Assembly (NCBI GenBank): GCA_900548115.1
Contig: URJL01000007.1
Coordinates: 25 to 64,024, forward strand
Length of the DNA stretch: 64,000 nt
Reading direction: 5' to 3'
Origin: an uncultured Eubacteriales bacterium
GTDB lineage: Bacteria > Bacillota > Clostridia > Oscillospirales > CAG-382
Made by a program: the position numbers and the translations under genes. The notes under the pieces were generated by a model that saw only the letters and a program-made list of their open reading frames with translations, was not told the origin of the DNA and ran no database searches. Of the stretch, positions 54,798 through 64,000 are shown piece after piece (the stretch's first letter is position 1; every line of letters begins with the position of its first letter).

Positions 54798-55778
54798 ATG
54801 ATTGAAATTCGCAATATTGTGAAGAAATACGGCAATCTTTACGCGGTGAACAATATTTCCTTTACGGTGAATACGGGCGAGATCGTCGGATTTTTGGGTC
54901 CGAACGGCGCGGGAAAAAGCACGACGATGAACATATTGACGGGCTATCTTTCCGCAACCTCGGGCACGGCGTCGATCGACGGCGTGGACATTCTCGAAAA
55001 GCCGCTCGAAGCCAAGCGCCGTATCGGCTTTCTTCCCGAACAACCGCCTCTTTATCCCGATATGACGGTAAAGGAGTACTTAAATTTTGTCTACAACCTG
55101 AAGCATTGCACGCTCAACCGCAAACTGCATCTCGAGGAGATTTGCCGCGTCGTGCAATTGACCGAGGTGTACGGACGGCTCATCAAGCACCTGTCCAAGG
55201 GCTACAAACAGCGTGTCGGCATTGCGCAGGCGCTGGTCGGAAATCCGCCCGTCCTGATTTTTGACGAACCGACGGTCGGTTTGGACCCGAAGCAGATTAT
55301 CGAGGTGCGCAATCTGATACGCAGTCTCGGCGAAAAGCATACGGTCATTCTGAGCACGCATATTCTGCCCGAGGTTCAGGCGGTCTGCGACCGTATTATT
55401 GTGATCGATGAGGGCAGGATCGTCGCCGACGAAAAAACGCGCGACATCGGGCGCGCCGTCAAGGGAACGCGCCGTTATCATGCCAAAATCTGCGGAGACC
55501 CGGCGTCGGTTCTTCGCGCTGTGCGCGGCGTTCCCGGCGTTACGTATGTCGAGAGAATGACCGAGGCGGAGGAGGGAAGCGTTCGCTATCTGATCGAGGC
55601 GGATTCCGCTCTTGAAGTGCGAAAGCCCCTTTTCTATACGCTTGCGCAGAATTCCATGCCCCTTATCGGACTCGAATCGGCACAGGCAAATCTTGAGGAT
55701 GTGTTCCTGTCGGTGATCGAAAAGCCCGAGGATACGAATGCAAACGGAAAGGAGAATGCACATGTTTCCGATCTATAA
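54798..55778 (+). CDS. ABC transporter ATP-binding protein (ABC-2/GldA-like)
   Basis: It has Walker A GPNGAGKST, the signature LSKGYKQRVGIAQAL, Walker B VLIFDEP and an extra C-terminal domain. Confidence 0.85.
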   Translation: MIEIRNIVKKYGNLYAVNNISFTVNTGEIVGFLGPNGAGKSTTMNILTGYLSATSGTASIDGVDILEKPLEAKRRIGFLPEQPPLYPDMTVKEYLNFVYNLKHCTLNRKLHLEEICRVVQLTEVYGRLIKHLSKGYKQRVGIAQALVGNPPVLIFDEPTVGLDPKQIIEVRNLIRSLGEKHTVILSTHILPEVQAVCDRIIVIDEGRIVADEKTRDIGRAVKGTRRYHAKICGDPASVLRAVRGVPGVTYVERMTEAEEGSVRYLIEADSALEVRKPLFYTLAQNSMPLIGLESAQANLEDVFLSVIEKPEDTNANGKENAHVSDL

Positions 55779-56475
55779 GCGCGAAATGCTCGCCTACTAC
55801 ACTTCTCCCATCGGCTATATCTTTACGGCGGTATTGCTTGCCTTGTCGGGTATTCTTTTTTCGTTTACCACCGTTTGGATGCGCACAGTCGATACATCGG
55901 CGTATTTTGTGTCGATTTTGTTTCTGTTTTCGATTTTGATCCCGCTGCTTACGATGAAGCAGTTTTCCGAGGAGCGGAAAAGTAAGACCGAACAGTTGCT
56001 GCTGACCGCGCCCGTGAGCATTTTCGGCATTGTCTTTGCCAAATTTTTCGCGGCGTTTACGGTTTTTGCCGGCTCCTTTATTCTGTCCGCTTTTATCAAT
56101 TTTACGACCCTTGCGGCGGTGACGGGAAAAGAGCTGAATCTTGCGCTCATCGTCGGTTCAAGCGTCGGAATCTTACTTATCGGAGCGGCGTTTATCGCGG
56201 TCGGCGTCTTTATGTCGTCGCTGACCGAAAATCAGGTCATCGCCGCCGTCACGACCTTCGGCGTGATCTTGTTCATGCTCCTGTTTTTCCTGATTCCTTC
56301 CTTTATTAAGACGCCGTTCATCCGCGAGGTGCTTCGTTGGTTTTCGGTGATCGACCGCTATCAGTATTTCACGAGCGGCATTTTCTCGCTGCCCGCCATA
56401 CTTTATTTCTTCAGCCTTTCGGTAATTTTCCTGTTCCTCACGACCCGCATTTATGAAATGCGCCGCTGGAACTGA
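55762..56475 (+). CDS. ABC-2-type permease (GldF-like)
   Basis: I prefer ATG 55762 (AAAGGAGA 6 nt upstream); the track start is 55738. It reads MFPIYKREMLAYYTSPIGYIF and has six TM helices. It overlaps the end of the ATPase gene. Confidence 0.75.
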   Translation: MFPIYKREMLAYYTSPIGYIFTAVLLALSGILFSFTTVWMRTVDTSAYFVSILFLFSILIPLLTMKQFSEERKSKTEQLLLTAPVSIFGIVFAKFFAAFTVFAGSFILSAFINFTTLAAVTGKELNLALIVGSSVGILLIGAAFIAVGVFMSSLTENQVIAAVTTFGVILFMLLFFLIPSFIKTPFIREVLRWFSVIDRYQYFTSGIFSLPAILYFFSLSVIFLFLTTRIYEMRRWN

Positions 56476-56491
56476 GGAAAGGAGGAAAAAC

Positions 56492-57976
56492 ATGAACGTA
56501 AAAGATCTTTTGAAAAGCCGCCGTATGAAATACGGCTCGGTCGCGATCGCGTTTACCGTGATCTTTATTGCGATCGTGATTCTTTTGAACGCCGTCGTCA
56601 CGGCGCTGGATTCCCGCTTCGGGCTGTATGCCGACATGACGAGCGAAAAAAGCTTCGAGATCGGCGAGTCCTCCCGCATGCTCCTTGCCGACGCGGATAA
56701 GGACGTCGAGATTGTTTTCTGCCGCGACCGAGACAAGCTTATCGGCGACAGCAATATGGCGCGTATCGTCTTTTTGGCGGAAAAATATGCGTCCGAATTT
56801 TCCAACATTACGGTCGATTTTATCGACAACGAGCGCCGCGGAACCGATCTTGCCCGCTTCCGCGCCACAACGTCGACCACCATTTCTTCGACCGACGTCA
56901 TTGTGAACTGCCCCTCCGACAACAAATACCGCAAGCTGTCGCAGAGCGCCTTTTATTCGAGCGAATCGGGCAAAACGGGCTATGTCGGCTTCAACGGCGA
57001 AATGCGTTTTACCGCATCGATCCTTTCGGTGACGCGCGCGGCGGACGATAAGATCGCCCTTATATACGGTCACGACGAATCGCTTTCGTCCCAACTGCTC
57101 GAGGTTCTGATGAACGCGGGCTATGACAGCGAGCAGTCGCTCATCACGCTCGATCTTGCAACGCAGGATATTCCCGAGAACACTCGCCTTGTCATCATCA
57201 ACAACCCGCAAAAGGATTTTAACGGCTACGAAGCCGAAAAGAGCGGAAAGGTCAACGAAATCGCAAAGCTCGACCGCTATTTAAAAGAATACGGAAACCT
57301 CTTTGTGCTGGTCAACAACACGACCAAAGAACTTCCCGAGCTTTCGGAATATCTCTCCACCGAATGGGGCATCGATTTCCACGCGGGCGAGGTCGTCGAA
57401 GACGACGGCAATTCCGAGGCGGTGGACGGCAGAAGTATTATCGCCCGTTACAACATCGACGAAGAAAACGCGCCGTATGCCTATGAGGTCGCCCGCCGCG
57501 TCGGAACATCCTCGGCGCGCACCATTATGAGCAACACAACGCCGCTTTATCTTTCCTCCGCTTCCCGCCGCACGGTATCGCCCATTCTGCAAAGCTCGCA
57601 GGGCGCGCGCGTCATGAACGGCGAAAAAACCGTTTCGACGGGTACGCAGACGCTGATGGCGGTCTCTACCTTTATGGATTATCCCGACGGCAAGTACGAA
57701 AAATTCGCGCACGTGTTCGTCTCGGGCTCGGTCGATTTTATCCACACCGACCTTACGTCCGCGACGGCGAACGCCGATCTTGTCTACAGTGTTTTGCAGA
57801 TCGTCGGAACCGAGAAGGTGCCGATCGATATTCCGACCCGCCTGTTTGCCGATAACACGATAAGCGGCATCGGCACAAAAACCTTCCGCAGTATGACGAT
57901 CGGGCTTTCGGCTGTTCCCGCCCTTCTGGTTCTGGCGCTCGGAACCTTTGTATTCATCAGGAGAAAACATTTATGA
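56492..57976 (+). CDS. GldG-like ABC-transporter accessory protein (large extracytoplasmic domain between N- and C-terminal TM anchors)
   Basis: Trimmed to ATG 56492 (MNVKDLLKSRRMKYGSVAIAFTVIFIAIVILL), preceded by AAAGGAGGAAAAAC. It has a second TM segment at the C-terminus. This position after an ABC-2 permease is typical of GldG-family proteins. The call is from memory. Confidence 0.65.
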   Translation: MNVKDLLKSRRMKYGSVAIAFTVIFIAIVILLNAVVTALDSRFGLYADMTSEKSFEIGESSRMLLADADKDVEIVFCRDRDKLIGDSNMARIVFLAEKYASEFSNITVDFIDNERRGTDLARFRATTSTTISSTDVIVNCPSDNKYRKLSQSAFYSSESGKTGYVGFNGEMRFTASILSVTRAADDKIALIYGHDESLSSQLLEVLMNAGYDSEQSLITLDLATQDIPENTRLVIINNPQKDFNGYEAEKSGKVNEIAKLDRYLKEYGNLFVLVNNTTKELPELSEYLSTEWGIDFHAGEVVEDDGNSEAVDGRSIIARYNIDEENAPYAYEVARRVGTSSARTIMSNTTPLYLSSASRRTVSPILQSSQGARVMNGEKTVSTGTQTLMAVSTFMDYPDGKYEKFAHVFVSGSVDFIHTDLTSATANADLVYSVLQIVGTEKVPIDIPTRLFADNTISGIGTKTFRSMTIGLSAVPALLVLALGTFVFIRRKHL

Positions 57977-59391
57977 GTAAGAAAAACAAGCTCCTTCTTA
58001 TCGCGGGCGCGGCGCTGGTCGTGCTTCTCGGCATCGTGTATTTTTTGCTTTCCCGCTCTTCAAATGCGGGGCAGGAGGATGAAAAGCAAAAGGACGATAC
58101 CGTATATCTTTTCGAAAATGCCGCAAAAGAGAACATAAGCACCCTTTCGGTCGATAAAAACGGCGAAAATCTTTATACAATCTTTTACGACGAAAAGACC
58201 GACGAGCTTTTGCTCTCGGGCTACGAGATCAATCCCTACAGCACGACCTTTTCCTCGATCTTTTCGCGCCTTCCGTCGCTTTCGGTGACGGGAACGGTCG
58301 CCGACGCGCTCGAAAAGGAGCGGTACGGTCTGGACGGAGAAAACGCCTATACCGTGACCCTTGCGACCAAGGACGGCAAAACGCAGAAGGTTTATATCGG
58401 CGAAAAGCTCGTCTCGGGCGGGGGGTACTATGCGCAGAAGGACGGCTCGGACGAGATCCTGACCGTCACCGACCGCGTCGAGACGCTGTTTTGCGACAAG
58501 CTTTCACTTCTGTCGATGACCCTTGCGTCGCCCATCGACAGCTCGAAGTATTTTTATACCGAGAGCTTTAAGCTCTATAAGGACATGAAGCCCTTTGTCG
58601 AGATCGAGCTGATTCCCGAACAGGAGCGCGAAGAGGGGAATGCTTACGGTACGTACCGCATGCTCTATCCAGCTCCGTACACCCCGGCGGATGTTAATTA
58701 CGATACGGTTCTGAAAAGCCTTGTCAATCCGAGTGCCGAAGCCATCGTCACGACCGAGATCACACCGGAAAATCTGGAAAAATACGGGCTTACAAAGCCT
58801 TCCTTTGAAATTTACTACACCTACGAAGGACTTGAGCGTTCGCTCTATTTCGGAACGCGCACGGGCGACGGGCTGATCTATGTTCTGAGCGACGAATTCG
58901 GCTTTATCGGACTGGTCGGCATCGAAAAGAGCTTTCCTTTCCTTGACTGGGATCTGATCCGATACGTAAATCCCGCGCTCTTCGGCATGAATATCGACCG
59001 CGTGTCGAAAATTTCGATCAGTGCGCCCGACTTTGAAGAGACCTACCGCCTGGACGGGCTGGGCGACGCGCTGGTCGTAACGGCGGAATCGAACGAAAAA
59101 ACCGTCGATACGTATAATTTCCGTCAGCTTTACCGTGTGCTTCTGATGACCTCCATGGAGGGCTACGCCGACGACACGTCGACCGACGGTTGGGCGCTGA
59201 CCTTTGCCGTCGAAACGCGCGACGGAAACGTGAACGAATACGTTTTCTACCGACAGTCGACCCGCAAATGCTTCTATACCGTCAACGGCGCGGGAGAATT
59301 CTATGTCAGCATCGACGACGTGAACAAGATTTTGTCCGATGCGAAAAAACTTCGAAACGGCGGGCCGATCAATGCCGACTCTCAGCTTTAA
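57973..59391 (+). CDS. DUF4340-like membrane-anchored protein
   Basis: An ATGA overlap joins it to the upstream gene. It has an N-terminal TM helix (LLLIAGAALVVLLGIVYFLL). Proteins annotated DUF4340 typically follow GldG-like genes. The call rests on context and memory. Confidence 0.55.
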   Translation: MSKKNKLLLIAGAALVVLLGIVYFLLSRSSNAGQEDEKQKDDTVYLFENAAKENISTLSVDKNGENLYTIFYDEKTDELLLSGYEINPYSTTFSSIFSRLPSLSVTGTVADALEKERYGLDGENAYTVTLATKDGKTQKVYIGEKLVSGGGYYAQKDGSDEILTVTDRVETLFCDKLSLLSMTLASPIDSSKYFYTESFKLYKDMKPFVEIELIPEQEREEGNAYGTYRMLYPAPYTPADVNYDTVLKSLVNPSAEAIVTTEITPENLEKYGLTKPSFEIYYTYEGLERSLYFGTRTGDGLIYVLSDEFGFIGLVGIEKSFPFLDWDLIRYVNPALFGMNIDRVSKISISAPDFEETYRLDGLGDALVVTAESNEKTVDTYNFRQLYRVLLMTSMEGYADDTSTDGWALTFAVETRDGNVNEYVFYRQSTRKCFYTVNGAGEFYVSIDDVNKILSDAKKLRNGGPINADSQL

Positions 59392-59418
59392 AAAATAAAA
59401 CGTATCGGAGGAGACAAT

Positions 59419-60864
59419 ATGTTTATCACACCGAACCCCAAAAGCTATACGCAGAACGAAGAGCGCTTTTGCTTTGAAAACGAGCTTTTTGTGTGTTATC
59501 CCGAAAAGGCGATAAAAGCCGAATATATTCCGATCCTTACCGAACTTTTTTCGCATTACACCGCGGAGAGAACCACCGCGCGCTTTGTCGAGTCGAAAAC
59601 GCTTCCGCAGGGCGTCTGCATTCTTTCGAAATGTGCCGACGCGACTGCCGAAGAAAGAGCGCCCGAGGGCGAATATGAGCTTTCGGTAACGAAGGACGGA
59701 GCGGTCATTCGCTTTTCCGCCTACGACGGACTTTTCCACGGACTTTCGGGTTTTTTACAGCTGATACGTCCCGACGATACGGGCGATGCGCTTACGTATT
59801 ACGTGCGGGGCTGTGAGGTGAAGGACGAGCCGAAAATGAATTTCCGTGCCGTTCACTTCTGCGTTTTCCATCAGACGACGCTCGATTTTCTCAAGAAGAA
59901 CATCATGCTCTGCGGCATGATGAAGTGTACGCATATCGTGCTTGAATTCTGGGGCATGTATCACTATCGCTGCTGTCCGAACCTCTCGTGGAAGGACGCA
60001 TACACCGACAACGATATCCGCCCGCTGATTCTTCTTGCCAACGCAATGGGCATGGAGGTCATTCCGATGCTCAATCATTTGGGACACGCCTCGGGCGGGC
60101 GTATCCACTACGGCAAGCATTCGGCGCTCGACACCGACCTTGCCATGGCGCCGTATTTCGAGGATGACGGATGGTGCTGGTGTACGAGCAACCCGAAAAC
60201 GCTCGCGCTTCTCGCCGCCTGCCGCAGAGAGCTGATCGAGCTTTGCGGAGAGGGTAAGTATTTCCACATCGGCTTTGACGAAGCGTATTCGTTCGGTCAG
60301 TGCGACCGCTGCCGCAAGTACGATCCGCACCTTCTCATGAAGGAACATCTCCTTCACACCTGCGAAGATCTCATTTCGCTCGGCAGACGTCCGATCATGT
60401 GGGCGGATATGATGCTGGATGTCGATAAATTCGACCCCGAAAAGTATTTCCTTTCAAGCTCGGCGGGTAAGGATTTCCGCGGCGAGCTTCCGAAGGAGCT
60501 GATCATGGCGGACTGGCAGTACCGCACCGCCGACGAAGATTTCAAGACCTCGTTCGAATTGGCAAACGACGGTTTTGATGTCGTTACCTGCCCGTGGGAC
60601 TTTTTTGAAAACGTTCACGCGGCGGCACAGACCGTGCGGGACGGAAAGCTGTACGGCATGATCGCCACAACATGGCACACATTGAAGGAGCTTATTTGGC
60701 TTATCCCATATGCCGGCGACGAAATGTGGGGAAGCGCCGAGGATCACGGACGCTTCCGCGGCGAGTATTATTCGCTGTGCGCCGCCTACAACATCCGCCG
60801 CTGTGTTCCGTCCGAGGGACATTACGAGCGCGCCGCAACGTGGGATAAAGAGATCGATTATTAA
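59419..60864 (+). CDS. Glycoside hydrolase family 20 (beta-N-acetylhexosaminidase-like), no signal peptide seen
   Basis: GGAGGAGAC RBS. FRAVHFCVFHQTT marks the start of the TIM barrel. EVIPMLNHLGH is present, and the catalytic-type block YFHIGFDE matches the GH20 H-x-G-x-D-E. Confidence 0.7.
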   Translation: MFITPNPKSYTQNEERFCFENELFVCYPEKAIKAEYIPILTELFSHYTAERTTARFVESKTLPQGVCILSKCADATAEERAPEGEYELSVTKDGAVIRFSAYDGLFHGLSGFLQLIRPDDTGDALTYYVRGCEVKDEPKMNFRAVHFCVFHQTTLDFLKKNIMLCGMMKCTHIVLEFWGMYHYRCCPNLSWKDAYTDNDIRPLILLANAMGMEVIPMLNHLGHASGGRIHYGKHSALDTDLAMAPYFEDDGWCWCTSNPKTLALLAACRRELIELCGEGKYFHIGFDEAYSFGQCDRCRKYDPHLLMKEHLLHTCEDLISLGRRPIMWADMMLDVDKFDPEKYFLSSSAGKDFRGELPKELIMADWQYRTADEDFKTSFELANDGFDVVTCPWDFFENVHAAAQTVRDGKLYGMIATTWHTLKELIWLIPYAGDEMWGSAEDHGRFRGEYYSLCAAYNIRRCVPSEGHYERAATWDKEIDY

Positions 60865-60964
60865 AAAACAGAGAATCGTACCGTTTTTTCATAGAAAAAG
60901 AGGTTTTCGTGCCGCAAAATTTCGTGTATGCTGATGTTGCAATACACCGAAAGGAACAAGTGAA

Positions 60965-61777
60965 ATGAAAAGAACTTTTTTGGGAAAAGAGCGTCCGATG
61001 ACGGTCGGTATGATACAAAAAGCAACTGCAGAGGAGTGCGTATCGCTTGCGCTCGACTCGATCGGAGGCGGCGCCGACGCGGTGGGACTTCAGCTCGAAA
61101 GCCTTCCCGACACCGAAAAGACCGATGAAAAATTACGGCGGATTTTGGACAGCCTCGGGGGAAAACCCTGTTATTTCACCAATTACCGCTACGGCCGCAA
61201 CGACGGGAAGACCGACGAGACGCTGGCGCGCGAGCTTGTTCGTTTTACGCAGCTCGGCGGCACGCTTGCCGACATTCCGGGCGACTTTTTCGATAAAAGC
61301 GCCGTCGTCGGCGGCAAGCGCGAAAACTGCCGTTATCCCGAATGCACGACCGATGAAAACGCGATCGCCGAGCAAAAAAAGCGGATCGCCGAAATTCACG
61401 AAGCGGGGGGCGAGGTGCTGATGTCGTCGCACGTGATGCGTTTTCTTCCCGCCGAGGAGGTCCTCTCGATCGCGCTCGATTTCGAGTCGCGCGGGGCGGA
61501 TGTCGTCAAGATCGTGACGGCGGCAAACTCTACCGAAGAAGAGATCGAAAATCTTCGAACCACGGCGCTTTTGAAAAAAGAGCTGAAAGTCCCGTTTCTC
61601 TTTTTGTCGGGCGGAACACATTATCGCCGCCACCGCCTGCTCGGACCGATGTTTGGGTGCGGCTATTATTTGTGCGTCGCGCGCCATTATCCCGGTTCGA
61701 CCGCATCTCAGCCGCTTTTGTCGGAGGTTTTGGGCGTTCTTTCGCACACAAAGTATATTGATTTTTGCGGCATGTGA
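60965..61777 (+). CDS. Type I 3-dehydroquinate dehydratase-like (AroD family) protein
   Basis: 270 aa. The blocks GADAVGLQLE, GGTLADIP and ESRGADVVKIVTAANSTEEEIENL (Schiff-base Lys context) ...FLFLSGG resemble AroD-type TIM barrels. Confidence 0.55.
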   Translation: MKRTFLGKERPMTVGMIQKATAEECVSLALDSIGGGADAVGLQLESLPDTEKTDEKLRRILDSLGGKPCYFTNYRYGRNDGKTDETLARELVRFTQLGGTLADIPGDFFDKSAVVGGKRENCRYPECTTDENAIAEQKKRIAEIHEAGGEVLMSSHVMRFLPAEEVLSIALDFESRGADVVKIVTAANSTEEEIENLRTTALLKKELKVPFLFLSGGTHYRRHRLLGPMFGCGYYLCVARHYPGSTASQPLLSEVLGVLSHTKYIDFCGM

Positions 61778-61851
61778 GTGTATAATGAGACAAGAATTAG
61801 GATAAACCCACGAAAGGAAACGCGCTTTTCTTTCGCGAAAGGATTTCGTTT

Positions 61852-62808
61852 ATGAATGAACAGAACTATTCGGTAACATTGCAATCGCTGATCGATGAGT
61901 TTTCACTCGAAAAGATCTGCGTGCCCGAAAATCTTGCGGATATTTTCGTCTGCATTAATGAAGTAAACCGTCCCGGTCTTCAGCTTTCGGGCTTCTTCGA
62001 CCATTTCGAACCTTCCCGCGTGCAGATCATCGGAAAGGCAGAATATCATTATCTTTTGGAAATGACGCATGAAAAACGGCTTGAGAGTTTTTCACGCTTT
62101 TTCGAACACAATGTGGTCTGTGTGGTTTTCTCCTCCAATCTCGACGTGTTTGACGAGGCGATCGAATGCGCCAAGGCTTCGGGAACGCCGATCCTGCGCA
62201 CCCATTCCAGCACGTCGCACTTTATGGCGGCGCTTATCTCGTCGCTCAGCGTAAGTCTTGCACCCCGCATCACCCGCCACGGCGTTTTGGTTGAGGTATA
62301 CGGCGAGGGAATTCTGATTCTCGGCGACAGCGGGATCGGAAAGAGCGAGATTGCCATCGAGCTGGTCAAGCGCGGTCATCGCCTCATTGCCGACGATGCC
62401 GTTGAGATCAAACGCGTTTCGGACAAGACGCTGGTCGGCACGGCGCCCGAGCTGATACGCCATTATATCGAGCTGCGCGGCATCGGTATTGTCGATGTGC
62501 GCCGCCTTTTCGGTATGGGCGCCATCAAAATGTCCGAAAAGATCGATCTTGTGGTCAATCTCGAGCCGTGGCAGCAGGGCAAGTTTTATGAGCGCGTGGG
62601 GCTTGAGACCGAATATGCCGATATTATGGGCATTAAGGTCCCGTCGATCACGATTCCCGTAAATCCGGGACGGAATCTTGCCGTTGTTTTGGAGATCGCC
62701 GCGATGAACAACCGCCAGAAAAAAATGGGCTACGATACGGCGGTCGAATTCAACAAGCGCCTGATGAAGCAGATGCAGAGCGCTATGGGCGAAGAGTCGA
62801 AGGAATAA
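61852..62808 (+). CDS. hprK: HPr(Ser) kinase/phosphorylase
   Basis: It has LILGDSGIGKSEIAIELVKRGHRLIADDAVE (P-loop) and HYIELRGIGIVDVRRLFG (the signature loop). Confidence 0.92.
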   Translation: MNEQNYSVTLQSLIDEFSLEKICVPENLADIFVCINEVNRPGLQLSGFFDHFEPSRVQIIGKAEYHYLLEMTHEKRLESFSRFFEHNVVCVVFSSNLDVFDEAIECAKASGTPILRTHSSTSHFMAALISSLSVSLAPRITRHGVLVEVYGEGILILGDSGIGKSEIAIELVKRGHRLIADDAVEIKRVSDKTLVGTAPELIRHYIELRGIGIVDVRRLFGMGAIKMSEKIDLVVNLEPWQQGKFYERVGLETEYADIMGIKVPSITIPVNPGRNLAVVLEIAAMNNRQKKMGYDTAVEFNKRLMKQMQSAMGEESKE

Positions 62809-62810
62809 AC

Positions 62811-62855
62811 AAAAAGCGGGAAAAACAAGACAATCGGAACTTTTTCCCGCTTTTT
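62811..62855 (+). terminator. Intrinsic terminator after hprK
   Basis: AAAAAGCGGGAAAAA-N15-TTTTTCCCGCTTTTT. Confidence 0.7.
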
Positions 62856-62902
62856 CCGTCTAAACAAACAAAACCGAAACGAAGGATCGAGGAAGATTTT
62901 TC

Positions 62903-64000
62903 ATGAAAAAGAAAAAACACATAGCCTTAAAAATCGTTCTTTCCGTGTTTCTTCTGTTGCTTTTGGCGGGCGGAGTGCTCGTCGGAACGCATTGGGAGCT
63001 GGCAAAGGGCGCGTATCATCTTTTGAAAAATTCGCCGGGAAACAATGTAAAAGCGGCGTGGATTTTCCTCACGGGCAACTCCGAGACGATCCAAAAACAA
63101 ATCAGCGATAACGACGCAAGCTATTCCGAGGCGGTGAAAAAGATCGCCGAGGAGCTGAGCGGAACGGGGCTGGATCTTTCCCGTTATACCCTCGACGTTC
63201 TCTCGTCGGGCGAATATTCCGAGGAGGAAATGATACGTATCCTGATGGGAAAAGAAACGATCGCCCCGCCCGACACCGAGAATACGCCCTCCGACGATCC
63301 CGATAAAGCCGACAAAACCGACAAAACGGAAAACACGGCGGACGGAAAAGGCGAAACGCCGCAGACCCCGCCCTCGGGCGAAAAGAACGAAGGCGGAAAC
63401 GGGGAAGAAAACGGAAGCGGCAAGCCCGCACAGACGCCCGATGCCCCGACCGCCGCGGACACAAAATCTCAAACCGATTCGGAGACAAAAACCGATCCCG
63501 CTCCGGGCGGAACGCCCGCGGGCGAAGGTACGGCGAGCGAGGACGCCATGTCCGAAGAGGTGGCGGCGTGTATCGCAAAGCTTTATGTCTTGAAAAGTCG
63601 TTTTACCGGAGAACTCGGTTCGCTTGAAAAAACCATAACCGAGACCTATGAAGCACTTCCCAAAGAAGAACAGGTTTCCGCCTCACGAAAGAGCATCGCG
63701 GGGCAGTACATCAAGCAGGTATCCCGAATGGAACTGGATTGCGACGCGCAGGTCGACGCGGCTCTTGACGAGCTTCGAAAGACACTGACGGCACAGGGAA
63801 AGGATACCGCCGTTGTGGAAACGCTTCGGCAGGCATACGAAAACGAAAAGAGCCTGAAAAAGGCGCTCAAGGAGTACGAGAGTCAGTATCCGAAGGGCAG
63901 TAAGGTGCTCGGCTGGGGCATGGCCTCGGGATTCAAGAATGTAGGCGTCGGCAAGGGTATCTTCACCGATGACGGTGCGTGCAGGCTGATTCTGCAGAGC
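62903..64000 (+). CDS. Membrane-anchored hypothetical protein (TM helix, Pro/Thr/Asp/Lys-rich linker, helical domain); open to the window edge
   Basis: Absent from the track because there is no stop in the window. I translated it by hand from ATG 62903 (GAGGAAG upstream): MKKKKHIALKIVLSVFLLLLLAGGVLVG...PDKADKTDKTENTADGKGETPQTPPSGEKNEGGNGEENGSGKPAQTPDAPTAADTKSQTDSETKTDPAPGGTPAGEG...ACIAKLYVLKSRFTGELGSLEK...LRQAYENEKSLKKAL... There are 366 codons with no stop. Confidence 0.55.
   Translation, partial: MKKKKHIALKIVLSVFLLLLLAGGVLVGTHWELAKGAYHLLKNSPGNNVKAAWIFLTGNSETIQKQISDNDASYSEAVKKIAEELSGTGLDLSRYTLDVLSSGEYSEEEMIRILMGKETIAPPDTENTPSDDPDKADKTDKTENTADGKGETPQTPPSGEKNEGGNGEENGSGKPAQTPDAPTAADTKSQTDSETKTDPAPGGTPAGEGTASEDAMSEEVAACIAKLYVLKSRFTGELGSLEKTITETYEALPKEEQVSASRKSIAGQYIKQVSRMELDCDAQVDAALDELRKTLTAQGKDTAVVETLRQAYENEKSLKKALKEYESQYPKGSKVLGWGMASGFKNVGVGKGIFTDDGACRLILQS

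Overview
This 64-kb segment looks like ordinary chromosome from a fairly GC-rich Firmicute, probably a Clostridia-type organism. The supporting signals are GGAGG Shine-Dalgarno sites, many TTGACA-17-TATAAT promoters, stem-loop plus U-tract terminators, a T-box, a CIRCE operator, glycine riboswitches and SLH-type surface proteins. I can support about 56 protein genes, one tRNA-Gln, one SRP RNA that the ORF track misses, three riboswitch or leader elements and many promoters and terminators. Gene content is mostly housekeeping and transport. It includes groES-groEL, tyrS, rlmB, rlmD, galE, gpsA, hprK, pyrR-pyrP, potABCD, two alanine/glycine:cation symporters, a MATE pump and an ABC-2/GldG-like exporter. 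There are also glycan-scavenging enzymes (GH31, GH112 phosphorylase, GH20). I found no transposase, integrase, phage, CRISPR or recognisable defence genes, so I do not claim a clear novel system. The least explained items are: (1) an operon of conserved unknowns (ASRT-like, PduL, NifU-like, GGGtGRT) at the left edge; (2) an 834-aa membrane protein with a P-type-ATPase fold whose catalytic motifs all look degenerate, plus a long acidic N-terminus; (3) one ORF that joins a sigma-70-type factor directly to LRR and SLH-like surface modules and contains a 216-bp internal duplication; (4) a structured G/C-rich leader upstream of potABCD; (5) a GNAT pseudogene broken at A/T homopolymers inside an AT-rich islet next to tRNA-Gln; (6) a window-end ORF whose last ~45 codons look like they belong to a different protein family. 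All protein family calls come from reading motifs by eye and from memory, with no database search. Regulatory coordinates may be off by 1-2 nt.
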